The translations under genes and the position numbers were made by a program. Below the pieces are notes generated by a model that ran no database searches, was not told the origin of the DNA, and was given only the letters and a program-made list of their open reading frames with translations. Below, piece by piece: positions 29,072 through 41,954 of a stretch of 64,000 nucleotides of DNA. The stretch's first letter is position 1. Every line of letters begins with the position of its first letter. The stretch comes from Octopus vulgaris (Eukaryota), in contig OX597821.1 of the NCBI GenBank assembly GCA_951406725.2, positions 101,742,001-101,806,000 of the forward strand, written 5' to 3'.

Positions 29072-29169
29072 AGAGAGAGGGAGAGAGAGAGAGAGAAAGA
29101 GAGAAAGAGAGAGTGTGCATGCGTGTGTGTGTGTATGCAGCAATTCAATGACTGGGCCTGGAGACCTGT

Positions 29170-29720
29170 AGCCAACAACGTCATTATCCCCAAATTGCAA
29201 TATTAAAAGTATTTGTTGACATGCTTCTGTTACTGAAGAGACCCAATTAGTAGTGGAGGTAATTGTTACAAAAGCAGAGCTGCCAGAATAAGGATGGGAT
29301 GGAAAAAGTTCAGGGATATATAGTAATTTTGTTGGTAACAAAAGGCTTCTCTGAGTGAAGAGGAAAGTATGTAATGCTTGTATACAACATATGATATTGC
29401 ATGGTGGTAATGAGACATGGGCACTGACAGCATGAGAATATTGCACTAGTACAAGCATTATATTGCATATAAAAGATGACCTTCAGATAAAGAAGTATTA
29501 AGAGATCCAAAGATCATCTTTGGGTGAAGAAGTATCAAATGAACTAAGTGGAAGAGACCGGCAGAAAGTGTGGACAGTAAAAGACGTTAGATGTGGCGAG
29601 ATTTAAAATCAGGATGTTGGACCTCAGAAAGTTCATGATGAGGGAATGCAACTATGCTGGAGCGAACACATCCAACATTATGCCAGCATTAAAAAATAGA
29701 ATGTAAAGCGATGATGATGT
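29170..29720 (+). mobile_element. Highly degenerate RTE LINE 3' fragment
   Basis: Frameshifted remnants resembling MLHG.ETW (ATATTGCATGGTGGTAATGAGACATGG) and a (GAT)n-like end near 29710. Confidence 0.6.
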
Positions 29721-30053
29721 TCATGGACATTGCAGTGAAGAAATTTTCCCTGTGTTCTGCCAGCAGTTATAAATAAGTAGATGTTCTAGATAGACTAAAA
29801 TAAATTAATATAGACAATCCTCAAGAGAGATACTAACAGGTAGTTAACAATTGAACGAATGAATGAATATATGCCAATCCTTGTAGCTGAAGGCTGGTGG
29901 GGGTCAACTACCACTCCTTACCATTCACTCAGGTTTTAGCTGCAGTCAACCATTAGTATTTTTTATGATAAACTAAGTGTACTTTCTTTACTATTGCTTG
30001 TACTAGTTTAAAGACAATGTTCTCCTCCATTTTTTTATTTGCCTTCTCCACAC

Positions 30054-30107
<54 letters not shown>

Positions 30108-31029
30108 GTAATTTTTGAACACCTTGCAGGATGAAAAGCAAGAGTTGTGAAAAGGTGGAGGAATTCAGGAGAGTAAACAATCATCCAGCATAGTCAAGGG
30201 TAGATGGTGCTCACTAGTTGTAGTGAAGACAATCCATCTCAGAGGAGAAAATCTCTGAATTAAAAACTGTTTAGTGAAGACTTGCAACTGGCTGATACTA
30301 TTTTATACAGAACATATGATGACACGAAGATGGGTGATTGACAATAATATATATATATATATATATAGAGGTGTGAAATTGTGATGATCTTTTGGACATT
30401 GACTGATGAAGATTATATATATATAAAAGTCACAAATGAGAGAGAAATAGTTTGATGAAATTTTATTTAACAAGACAGGCACGGGAGTGGCTGTGTGGTA
30501 AGTAGCTTGCTTACCAACCACATGGTCCCAGGTTCAGTCCCACTGCATGGCACCTTGGGCAAGTGTCTTTTACTATAGCCTCAGGCTGACCAAAGCTTTG
30601 TGAGTGGATTTGGTAGACGGAAACTGGAAGAAGTTGTTTCATAACTTAAAAACATAAATAATTTATATTATTATATTTAATAATAAATAAATTACTTACA
30701 TGCCTAAATTAATGCAAAAAATACATTTTTTATGCGCACTACCAGATTACTTGAATCCATATTATGTGACTTGCATGTGTGTATATATATATATATATAT
30801 CATCATCATCATCATCATCATCATCGTTTAACGTCCGTTCTCCATGCTAGCATGGGTTGGACGGTTCGACCGGGGATCTGGGAAGCCAGAAGGCTGCACC
30901 AGGCTCCAGTCTTATGTGGCAGTGTTTCTACAGCTGGATGCCCTTCCTAACGCCAACCACTCCGTGAGTGTAGTGGGTGCTTTTCACGTGCCACCTGCAC
31001 AGGTGCCAGGCGAGGCTGGCAACGGCCAC

Positions 31030-31605
31030 GGTCGGATTGGTGTATTTTATATGCCACCAGCATGGAAGCCAGACGAGGCGGTGCTGGCATCGGCCACGAG
31101 TCGGATGGTGCTTTTTACGTACCACCAGACCAGGGATCCTGGCTGGTTCAATTCGATTTCGATTTCGCTTGCCCCAACATGTCTTCGCAAGCAAGGGGGG
31201 TTGGCATGGGGGCATGTTATACGGTCAGATTGGTGTATTTTACGTGCCACCGGCACGGAAGCCAGTGGAGGCGGCGCTGGCATCGGCCACGAGTCGGATA
31301 GTGCTTTTTACATACCACCAGACCAGGGAACCTGGCTGGTTCAATTCGATTTCGCTTGCCCCAACATGTCTTCGCAAGCAAGGGGGTTGGCATGGGTGCC
31401 TGTCGTACGGTCAGATTGGTGTATTTTACGTGCCACCGGCACAGAAGCCAGTGGAGGCGGCGCTGGCATCGGCCACGAGTCGGATAGTGCTTTTTACGTA
31501 CCACCAGACCAGGGATCCTGGCTGGTTCAATTCGATTTTGACTTCGATTTCGCTTGCCCCAACATGTCTTCGCAAGCAAAGGGGGTTGGCATGGGTGCCT
31601 GTCGT
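31030..31605. repeat. Three tandem ~190-bp units within the RTE 3'UTR
   Basis: Units start at 31030, 31223 and 31409 (GGTCrGATTGGTGTATTTTA...TCGCTTGCCCCAACATGTCTTCGCAAGCAA). Confidence 0.9.
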
Positions 31606-31688
31606 CGGATGAGGTTCTATATCGACTTCGCTTGCCTCAACAGGTCTTTGTGTCCAAGGGAGGAAAGGCATTCATAAGTGGGCTGGGC

Positions 31689-33023
31689 TCACTTGTCCTG
31701 CCTGGTCTTCTCACGTACAGAATATTTCCAAAGGTCTCGGTCGCTGGTCATTTCCTCAGTGAGGCCTAAAGTTCGAAGGTCGTGCTTCACCACCTCGTCC
31801 CAGGTTTTCCTGAGTCTACCTCTTCCACGGGTTCCCTCAACTGCTAAGGATTGGCACTTTCTCACACACGTATCTTCATCCATTCTCGCCACATGACCAT
31901 ACCAACGCAATCGTCTCTCTTGCACACCACAACTGATGCCTCTTAGGTACAACATTTCTCTCAAGGTGCTAACGCTCTGTCGAGTATGTATACTGACATT
32001 ACACATCCATCGGAGCATACTGGCTTCATTCCTCACGAGCTTACGCATGTCCTCGGCAGTCACGGCCCATGTTTCACTGCCATGTAGCATGGCTGTTCGT
32101 ACACACGCATCATACAGTCTGCCTTTTACTCTGAGCAAGAGGCCTTTAGTCACCAGCAGAGGTAAGAGCTCCCTAAACTTTGCCCAGGCTATTCTTATTC
32201 TAGCAGTTACACTTTCAGCGCACCCACCCCCACTACTGACTTGGTCACCTAGATAACGGAAGCTATCAACTACTTCTAGTTTTTCCCCTTGGAAAGTGAC
32301 TGAAGTTATTTTCTGCAGATTTTCGGAGGTTAATGCTCCTGAGCATCTGCCACATACAAAAACTATCTTCCCAGTTAGCCTACCTTTGACATTGCTGCAC
32401 CTCTTATGTGTCCATAGCTTACACTGGGTACATCTTATAGAGTTTCTACCTACACCTTTTCTACAGATCGAGCAGGGCCATCTTCCTGAAGACATTTGTG
32501 GATTGTCTACCTTCCTACTTATTAGTACTTTGGTTTTAGCTAGGTTGACTCTAAGGCCCCTCGATTCTAAACCCTCCTTCCACACCTGGAACTTCTCCTC
32601 CAGCTCTGATAGTGACTCAGCAATAAGAGCAAGGTCGTCAGCGTAGAGGAGCTCCCAGGGACAACCTGTCTTGAATTCCTCCATAATTGCCTGTAGGACT
32701 ATGATAAATAGGAGGGGACTGAGTACTGAACCCTGGTGGACCCCAACCTCTACTTTGAATTCTTCTGTGTACATGTTGCTAACCCTAACCTTACTTACGG
32801 CATCTCTGTACATGGCTTGCACAGTCCTCACCAGCCATTCATCTATCCCTGGTTTCCTCATTGACCACCAGATAAGGGATCGGGGGACCCTATCAAAAGC
32901 TTTCTCCATGTCAACAAAAGCCAGGTACAGGGGCTTATCTTTGGCTAGGTATTTCTCCTGCAGCTGCCTTACCAGGAATATAGCATCCGTGGTACTTTTC
33001 CCTTGCACGAACCCAAACTGCAT
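31689..33023 (-). CDS. RTE-clade LINE ORF, C-terminal 444 aa (reverse transcriptase + PHD-like finger + thumb/C-terminal region); 5'-truncated
   Basis: Uninterrupted ORF with RT motifs QFGF..GKSTTDAIF, AFVDMEKAFDRV, GVHQGSVLSPLLF, LLYADD (YADD 32634-32645), GLRVNLAKTK, FRYLG and the RTE-typical tail MLHGSETW...RRLRWYGHVARM...GTRGRGR.RKTW. Confidence 0.95.
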   Translation of the reverse strand: MQFGFVQGKSTTDAIFLVRQLQEKYLAKDKPLYLAFVDMEKAFDRVPRSLIWWSMRKPGIDEWLVRTVQAMYRDAVSKVRVSNMYTEEFKVEVGVHQGSVLSPLLFIIVLQAIMEEFKTGCPWELLYADDLALIAESLSELEEKFQVWKEGLESRGLRVNLAKTKVLISRKVDNPQMSSGRWPCSICRKGVGRNSIRCTQCKLWTHKRCSNVKGRLTGKIVFVCGRCSGALTSENLQKITSVTFQGEKLEVVDSFRYLGDQVSSGGGCAESVTARIRIAWAKFRELLPLLVTKGLLLRVKGRLYDACVRTAMLHGSETWAVTAEDMRKLVRNEASMLRWMCNVSIHTRQSVSTLREMLYLRGISCGVQERRLRWYGHVARMDEDTCVRKCQSLAVEGTRGRGRLRKTWDEVVKHDLRTLGLTEEMTSDRDLWKYSVREKTRQDK

Positions 33024-33037
33024 CTCATCTAAACTAA

Positions 33038-33086
<49 letters not shown>

Positions 33087-33202
33087 AAAAGCAATGAAGA
33101 TTCAAGTTAATTTAAATGAATTTACTTGAATATGGTACCTAACTTAGATGCACCAAAAAAAACTATACTGTTTTAACAATACAGTAATGTGGGGTGATTA
33201 TA

Positions 33203-33474
33203 AGCGAGAAAGAAGCAACAAGAATGGATAGGTTTTTAGTACAATGGATAGGTTTTTAATGAACTTTGGAAATCTGTTTATGTTACTTAATTATCTACAT
33301 TACTTCATGAGTATAGCCTCAACCAATAGGATGTCTAGAGAACTCACATGTATTTTAGCTGATGAGTACGGGACACGTTTATATGCTGTAATTTTTGCAA
33401 CTTTTAATAAAGCCTGTCCTTGTATGAAACGATTGTACTAAAAACCTATCCATTCTTGTTGCTTCTTTCTCGCG
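33203..33474. mobile_element. TA-flanked MITE with perfect 42-bp TIRs
   Basis: GCGAGAAAGAAGCAACAAGAATGGATAGGTTTTTAGTACAAT (33204-33245) and its exact reverse complement (33432-33473). Confidence 0.9.
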
Positions 33475-34740
33475 TATATATATATATATATATATAATGA
33501 CATAAAATAACTCTCTCAGTATAATGAACAAATTCACAATACACTTCAATTACTTGCCCAATGCTCATAATGTATCTACTGTTATTACAATAGTCCTCTG
33601 AATTTTCTAAGTGTAAATCTCCCCAGCCTAGACACACTTATCTCACCACTTCTCCTCTAATCATTCCTCGTTGAATCTCTGTAATCAGAAATGGCCCAGG
33701 GCTATGCAACAACTGACCATGTTTTTTACTCAACAACTAACTTTCAAATGTTCAAACCAAATGTTAACTATTTAGCTCACCAAACTATTTCATTTTTTTG
33801 TCTATGACAGCTAGGAATCTTCCACAGGCTAAATTATTTTAAATTCATTCTATACTTTGACAGAAAAATTTTAAAGAAAATATTGTAGAATTACAAGCAA
33901 ATCAATAGAGTTAGCTTGACTTACAAACTTAGTTAATGCTTCAGCTTATAACAGTAATAAATTTATTGAAAAAAATTATACAATGGATTTTCACTAAGTA
34001 GCAAAAAGAGCTCTTTTACAATAGAAATAAAGCAAAAATCTAAATTAAAAACTAGTTATTTACAGGTGAAGTGAAGATTACACAAGTATTGTTAAATTTG
34101 ATAGTTGTTAAATCTATCAACTTTTAGAATATAAATCAAAAGAAACAAATACAAAAAAATGAAATTTTGATCTCAACAACAAACAACTATTTTTTTCTGG
34201 TTCAGACATCTATCCACAGATGATATTTTCTACAGGTACTCAAACGGAACAAAATATTTAAGCTAATTCTTTTTTCCTTTAATCTTAGGAATCCGCCTAC
34301 ATTTCTTCACACATAAAACATCTTAATAAAACATCATGATATCAAGGTTTCATAAATATTTGTCCTAACAAAGTTTTCAAATGAAATGGTGTGGGTTGAT
34401 GAAAGCATTGATCTGAACTAGAGCATGATTTTTATCTCATCAATGAAAGAATATAGGTGAGTGTCATGATACATAATTTACCATGACAATTATTGCTAAA
34501 ATTCATTTATGTAAGTTGTATAACATTCATAGTAAAATATATCTACAGTTATTTTGCTTTAGAACAAGTGTATTTCAATAAACTTGCTCACAAACAAAAT
34601 TTAGACTGCTGTAATTCTTTCTTTTTTTTTTTTTTTTTTTTGAAAGCAGATGAAATAAAACTGAAAATGTAAGAAATTTGAATCAATGGATTAGATTAGT
34701 AATTCAATTATTATAATTTTGACATAGGAATGAGACTTAC

Positions 34741-34776
34741 CCCCAAGACAGTATCGATATGCAGCCAATAAAGTTC
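34741..34776 (-). other. Candidate 36-nt exon (or 3' end of a longer first exon)
   Basis: ctttaacAG|GAACTTTATTGGCTGCATATCGATACTGTCTTGGGG|GTAAGT; open in all three frames; weak polypyrimidine tract. Confidence 0.35.
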
Positions 34777-35724
34777 CTGTTAAAGTAGCTAACAATCTAA
34801 TAGCCAAAAACTAGTACTGACACAGCTGTCTTTGCTGTAGGACATTTATTGATTTGAATCAACTAGTAGGCAATTATACTTTTCCACACATGCAAATGTA
34901 TCTGTAATTGTACAAAACACACACACACACATACATACACACGTACATAAATACACACACAAAGAATGAAATATAAAAAGACAGAAATAATAGTAAATAT
35001 TTTTTGTTTTTCTATATATTTCCAATAATTTTATATAAATATTTTTAGTCAATTTGATATGGTAGAGAATAATGACAAGGCCTATTCCAAGTAACACTAC
35101 ACTTGTCACTATTCACCTGTCTATAACACTGTAAATAGATGATTACTCATTAGCTCTAAGCAGACACATCTGCTGCCCTTAGTCTGAAAGTCATTGGAAT
35201 TAAATGGAACAAGTTTTATCAAGGAGTTTTTTTTGTTTTTTTTAGCATTCATCTTCAACATTATACAAAAATATTGCAGTTGTCACCATGTTAACATCTA
35301 TTTTCTATGTTGGTAAAGATTGAAAAAGTCTGCAACATAACATTTATTTCAATCTTACATTGTCTCATCTGAGGTCTAATGTTATTAAGTTTGACTTTAA
35401 CTGCTTCATTTGAAGACTGTTTTAAATGGATGCATTAAGAATACTTACAGTCGGAAAAATGATACATGGAAATATATGTTAAAGCACTTATAGATCAAAG
35501 AACAGTGACTGACAAAACTATTCTCAAGGAACAGAATAGCAGGTGTGATCAATGATCTTAGAGGCTAACAGAGTGATTCACTATTGGAAGCATGAAAAAA
35601 TATATCCTTGAAAATATTATGGCCAATGTAGGCAACTCCTTTATACGAAGGGTTTTAAAACAGCAGTAAGAGTAAGGTGCTTATTATATGTGAGCAGACA
35701 ACCCACTCAGTGAGCTGGGATTAT

Positions 35725-36010
35725 CTTTTAGGCTGGTTGTAGTGGTAAGGATAAGGCTGAATTCGATTCCTGGCAGCACATTGTGTCCTTGAGCAAGACA
35801 CTTTACTTCATATTGCTCTGGTCTACTCAGCTGGCAAAAATGAGTTCTAACTATATTTCAAAGGGCCAGCTTTGTCATATTCTATGTCAAGCTTATTCTC
35901 CTTGAGAACTACATTAAAAGTATGCATGTCTGTCGAGGTGCTCAGCCACTTGTAAGTTAATTTCATGAAAAGGCTGTTCCATTGATCATACCAACTGGAA
36001 CCCTTGTCAT
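35725..36010 (+). mobile_element. SINE family C (CORE-like), split by the MULE (tail resumes 38041-38070); related copies ~8650-8940(+) and 28725-28990(-)
   Basis: B box ATTCGATTCC and TGTGTCCTTGAGCAAGACACTTTA...CTACTCAGCTG. Confidence 0.7.
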
Positions 36011-38040
36011 GATGTCCGGTCAATTCATTGAAGGCAATTTGTCATCATTTAATTTGTCCCCAGTCAATTTGTCGTTGGTCATTTCGTCCCCAGGTCAATT
36101 TGTCATCAGTCAATTCATTGCTGTATTACATATTTATCTTTTCTTAAAATTTAAGATTGTGTGCCACTGTTTTTAGAAAAAGAATTTTTTGGCTTGGGTC
36201 ATATTTTTCCATGACATTTTTTATATGCAGGTTCATATCTCTGTATGTTTTCTTTTGGCTTGGTTCTTCTCCTTGCATAAACTTCAGCAATTTGGTACTG
36301 GCAAGCCTTTCCTCACATTTAATCACATCAATAAGTTTCCAAATATTTGGATGACTAATATTCACTGTGTTTTTCAGCATGATGTGGTAGGCTTCCAAAC
36401 TAATTGTAGTACAAGCAATCCCCATCATACATCGATCCAAACATTCGATATGGGTAATGGAAATGGAGGTTCAAGGCATCGCCTCCTCTGTCCTCTTCAT
36501 CTAGATCAGTGATTCCCAACCTTTTCACAGTGTTTCCTAACCCTTTTATTTAAGTGAGTTTTCACACAGACCCCTTTTAATATGCTTATCCTTATATAAT
36601 GAAATTTTGAATTTAGTTCATGGACCTCAGTACTACCTTTGTGAACCACCAGGGGTCTGCAGACTTCAAGTTAGGAACCACTGCTCTAGGTGGTCCTATA
36701 TAAATATTTTCAAAATAGGATACAATTGACTGTGGAATATCATCATCTACAAGTTGTTCATATCCATCCACAACATCATCAACTGGCAGAAAGGCAAGGG
36801 CAAAAAAACACTACATTTTTAGATTAAAACTGTCATTTTCAAGATTTTAGTCCTTCTTGCACAACATGCTTGTACACAGTTTATCCTAAATGAAACAAGC
36901 AGCATGCCAAATTTAACCCAGGAAATGATTCCAGAAATCCATTATGGCTGCTTTTTCAAAATCCATAATTATATTATCAGGTCCCTCATTCTGCAGTAAT
37001 ACATTTACTTTAGCAAAATTTTTGCTCTATGTGTCTTGACATTTGTCAGAGAGCAATGTGAACAATCATGGGGCATTAAAATTATCAATTTGAATGTGAA
37101 GTATATACAACTGAAAAAATATACTAGAGCAGCAATTAAATGTTCCATGTGCCACCCAGTTCTTGTGCTGTTTTAACTGTTGAAGTGCTTTGTCACTTGC
37201 AAATATTGGTATTCATTTTGAATCTGCCGTCCCACTGTCATACTGTAAAAACATTTCATCATTGTCAAGGTAGGAGTATTCACTTGGAAAGGAAAACCCA
37301 ACATTTGTAAGTGGAGTGGCAGGATAGTTGGAATCAGCTTGCCTCCAACATCTAATATTCCTATTAAGCTGTGTGAACAGAGGTATTTGTGACAATGTAC
37401 AGTCGGTTAAATTCTGAACTTCACTAGCGATAATTTAGCAAGAGGCATCACGAGATGAAACAGACTTTACTTTAATATTTGAAACTATTATCCTTGCATT
37501 TACCTCTGTAGCAGTTGAAGCATAATTATGGATCCCAATCTTAAGCTCTTTATAATTTTCATCTGTTTGAAGTCTCGCCTTGCACACACGATTTTTGCAC
37601 CTTCTGTATATCTTCAATCCATCTGCATTCTGCTTATTTTTTGTGTATATATAATTTTCTTGATTGATCACTTTGATTTTTTCATTCTCTAAAGTTAAGA
37701 TCTTGCAGTAGTCATGTTAATGGGTAGGTGTATTGAATAAATATAATTTGATTTGCTTGAAAATCTTTGTTCGTAAACTGTTCAGTGCAAATACTTAAGA
37801 GAGAGAATGAGATAGAGAGAGTGTGAGGAATAAAGAAAGGAAAAATATATCTAAAACTGTCCAACAATTTTAATCCTAAAGGGATTGTTCTGAACTTTCC
37901 CTTGAAAATCATATTTAAGAGTATTTTTGGGACAAAATGGCCAGTGATGAATTGCCCTGGGGATGAATTGATCAATGACGAATTGACCAGGGACAAATTA
38001 ACCAATGATGATGTAACTGGGAACGAACTGTCCAAGCACC
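36011..38040 (-). mobile_element. Mutator-like (MULE) DNA transposon with FLYWCH domain, decayed
   Basis: FLYWCH-like YIYTKNK...IYRRCKNRVCKARLQT...H; MULE motifs WVAHGTF, QLYILH, IIMDFEKAA, CLFHLG, TISLEAYH...HPNIWKLID. ~110-bp inverted ends built of ~15-bp subrepeats; imperfect TSD CTTGTCAT/TTTGCCAT. Confidence 0.9.
36507..36683. mobile_element. hAT (Charlie-type) MITE nested in the MULE
   Basis: TIRs CAGTGATTCCCAAC / GTTAGGAACCACTG; 8-bp flanks ATCTAGAT and CTCTAGGT resemble the Charlie NTCTAGAN target. Confidence 0.85.
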
Positions 38041-40300
38041 TTTGCCATCATAACCAACGGAATGCCAGTTTAAGTTAAGTTTTAATATTTACATGAAACA
38101 ACATAAATAGGAAATGAAATTAATCAAGAAGCTTGAGATTTCCCAGACACAAATATAATAAATGAAGGAAAATTGCTCAACTAGAAATCAAAATCTAAAT
38201 TTTCAAAGAGATTAAGGATCTATTCCATCTTATTCCATCTCAATCACAGATTTTTTAATTAATTTTTTTTCAACTAAAGAGTTTGAAACTTCAAATACTG
38301 GTAGAATTTCTCACATAGAACATAGTTTACTTTGAACATTTTTGACAAAATTTCGTATTTTAGAAGTTATTTCATGTTAAAGTTGTATTTGGGTAATTTC
38401 AACCAATCAACAATGTGTATTAGGTTGAAGAAAGCAACTGCTATTTACAATAGTAATCAAAGAGGAACAACTTCTGGGTCATCTCTCCTAAATGTCACCA
38501 CTCTGTTCCAAGACCTATAGAGCAATAAATCCACAGCTAGCTTTTTTGTTGTCAACGTATATGTAGTTTTAAAATGCCTCATTTTACAACTATGAGATGT
38601 ATTGTTATTGTCATGATTTTATCTTACTATAATCAACAACAAACACATTTCGTCAATATAAAAGTCTTTATTAGATAAAAAATAACATTATCAAAACATG
38701 AAGGTAGTACAAAATAAATAGCAGCTTATACACCAGAAAATATGGTAATTGTAGTGACAGTGAAAAGTTCTCTTGCTGGTTACTAGTTGATAGTGTAGAA
38801 GGGAGGGAAAAGAGTAAGGAATGCATGGTGCCGACTAGAAAGGAAAAAAGGATAAGGGTGGCATATTCTTTGCTCGCTGTATGGAAATTTTCCAAGTAAC
38901 ACAAAACTGTATGAATATTTGTTACAGATCAATCACAAAAACTGACAGATATATGAAGTAGAAGTTTTGTATGTTCACCATAATGCCAAAAAAGACATCT
39001 CTAATCACAAACTCAATGAACTAGTTACCTAGTTTGAAACAAAATGGCTTCAATTGGGAATTGGAAGCAATTTGTCAACTAAGCCAGCCTAAACCAAGAG
39101 AATAACAACAATTAATTTTACATGAGATCAAAACTTCAGACTTGCATACAAAAGAAAACAAAACTTTGGAATTTATGTTTCCATCAAGGGCATTATCAAC
39201 ATAGGGGTAGTGAGCAAATAGATTAAAGCCCCTCATTGGCTGCAGTAGGTTTATTTCATTACAACTTCAACATTTTTATACAGAGTAGTAGTAGTAGCAG
39301 TAGTAGTAGCAGCAACAGCAGCAGTGGTGGTTGTAGCAGCAATGTTAGTGCCATCTTAATAGGAAATACATCAAAAGAAATTCAAATGTTCTCCTTCGAT
39401 CAATATTAAACCACTGGGAATTTTCATAAGAATTCTCGGCACATTCACAACAGTGTACAGTAAATTTAAGACAGACTACAATGCTGTTGTGAACATATTT
39501 ACTCATAAGGTTGACCTAGTAATGCAAAGAACAACATATCCAGTCTGAAGTTAATTAAGATGTGAATACGAATTAAACAATGAGATGCCTGAGATACTCT
39601 TAACATTGTAATAGGAAGCAACACTGGCATAAATATTGAAAGCAGTAGTAAGTCTAAACGAGTATCAAGACATTTTGTAGTAGGAACAAAATGAAAAATT
39701 CTTACCAGATTTAATAAAATAACTATTGATCGGCATTGTCCAGAATTATCTCCCACTCCACTCCACCCCATTTTTCTCAAGCTCTGGGTCTCATAAGGCT
39801 GGTTACTCAGTGGCTGTAGACCAATATCACAACATTCCCCTTGAACAGGGTGCTGGTCTATTGCTGGGTTTAAGGCATGCAATTTTGAGGGTAGGGTACA
39901 AGTCATTTACATTACTTGACTGGTACTTTATTTTATCAATAAAAAGTAAAGTTGACCTCAGTAAGATTTGAACTCAGAATATGAAGAGCTGGATGAAATG
40001 CTGCCAAGCACGCTAATGATTCTACCAGCTTACTACCTTGTCCAGAACCTTACAAGTATTTAGGAAATATTCTTTTCTACTCTAGGCAAAAGGCCTGAAA
40101 TTTTGGGGGAGGGGACCAGTCGATTAGATCAACTCCAGTACGCAACAGGTACTTAATTTATCGACCCTGAAAGGATGAAAGGCAAAGTTGACCTCAGCAG
40201 AATTTGAACTCAGACATTTAAGGAATATTGTGATATCAGTTTTAGTTCATTATACTTGAAGCAATAGGAATCTATCTGCCTCTTAGTTTCAGAGGGAGAC

Positions 40301-40397
<97 letters not shown>

Positions 40398-41954
40398 GGA
40401 GAGAGTAAATCTGCTACTTTAACAACTAGCAAGACACACAAATGAGAAGAAAAATCAGTAGCTTTCATTCTGCTATACTGGTTTTATTTCTTAATCAAAC
40501 TTCAATTAAATGTTTGATTCTGACTTATGATATTAAATGATACAAGCACTAAATCTTCAAAAGCAACCAATGTCTTGTATCTGAATCTGGTAGACGGAAA
40601 CTCTGTGTGTGTCTTTGTGTTTGTCTCCCATCACCACTTGATAACCAGTGTTTGCTTACATTCCCATAATTTAGTGGTTAGGCAAAAGAGACTGGTAATT
40701 CTATTGGTCTCTTTTGCTGAACCACTAAGTTATGGGAATATAAGCAAATGAACATTGGTTGTCAAGTGGTGATCACACACACACGACAGGCTTCCACACA
40801 GTACTAGACTTAAATACTGATGTTAATTTGTGTGACTAAAAGTCTTTAAGGCAGTGTCCCAGCATGGCTGCAATCCAATGACTGATACAAGTGAAAGATG
40901 AAAGATAAATAAATGTGACTTCAATAAAACGACCCACTGTGAATGGCATTTTTTCAGTGCATGCATGCATGTGTGTATGTGTGTGTAAGCACTTTGAAGA
41001 AAAAATAGACAACAGAGAATATACATTACAATATCTCAACCAACAACAATATCAAAAGTGACAGAGAGATCAATCAATAAAACAATTGCTTCTAGTTTGT
41101 TGCTAATAGCAACAGCTAAGTCAATATCATGAATTTCAGAAGGATTTCAGTATGATGATACTTATAGTAGCAAAGTTACATATCAACATGTTGCTGTTGT
41201 TAAGATGCCTATTTAAGCATATTCAAGTTAGCAACAATGTACTTATGAAGGATAAGCTTAAAACTGACAGGAAATATCATGGTGAAGAATAGCTTTCTGG
41301 AAAAACCTATTTGCAATCAATACTGGAAACAGATGAGCATAGGCATGGCTGAGTGGTTAAAAAAATTGCTTTATAATCATATGGTTCCAATTTGATACCA
41401 CTGCATGGTATCTTGGGCAAGTGTCTTTTGTCACAGCTTTAAGTTAACCAATATTTTACGAGTGAAATTTGGTAGACAGAAACAGTGCAAAAGATCAGTA
41501 CATATATAGCTGTGTGGTTAAGAAGTTTGATTCTAAGCACATGGTTTTAGATTCAACTCATTGCATTGTTTTTTTTTTTCTTGTTTGGATTGATTATATA
41601 TATATATATATACATGTATATATATATCCACATGCATACATGTGTGTGTGTTTGTCTCCCACCACCACTTGATAACCAGTATTGGTGTGTTTATGTCCTC
41701 GTAACATTGCAGTTCAGCAAAAGAAACTGATAGAATAAGTACTAAGCTTGAGAAAAATAAGTACTGAGGTCAAGTCATTTGACTAAAAATTTTTCAAGGT
41801 GATGCTCCAGAATGGCCACAGTCTAATGATGAAAACAAGTAAAAGATAAAAGATTATATATATATTAGTTCAAATTTACAGGAAACAAAAGACAAAAACA
41901 AGTGAAGGAACAACAAGAAGGTGTATTAGTTTAATGCTCAGGAACAATGGAAAA

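Larger units (their letters stand above)
30800..33040 (-). mobile_element. Young 5'-truncated RTE LINE with ~870-bp 3'UTR and (GAT)n tail, inserted in a (TA)n microsatellite
   Basis: (CAT)n at 30801-30824 is the minus-strand (GAT)n tail. (TA)n flanks both ends (30782-30800, 33041-33084). CpGs are retained and the ORF is intact. Confidence 0.93.

Noticed and set aside
29860-30300. Possible RTE 5'UTR with HDV-like ribozyme
   Set aside because: I could not assemble the nested double pseudoknot by eye.
31030-31605. CRISPR-like or coding repeat array
   Set aside because: Long contiguous units with no unique spacers, no cas genes, and a eukaryotic context.
30844-31677. 277-aa ORF and several overlapping ORFs
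   Set aside because: They lie antisense to or within the GC-rich tandemly repeated RTE 3'UTR. The peptide repeats mirror the DNA repeats and no protein motif is present.
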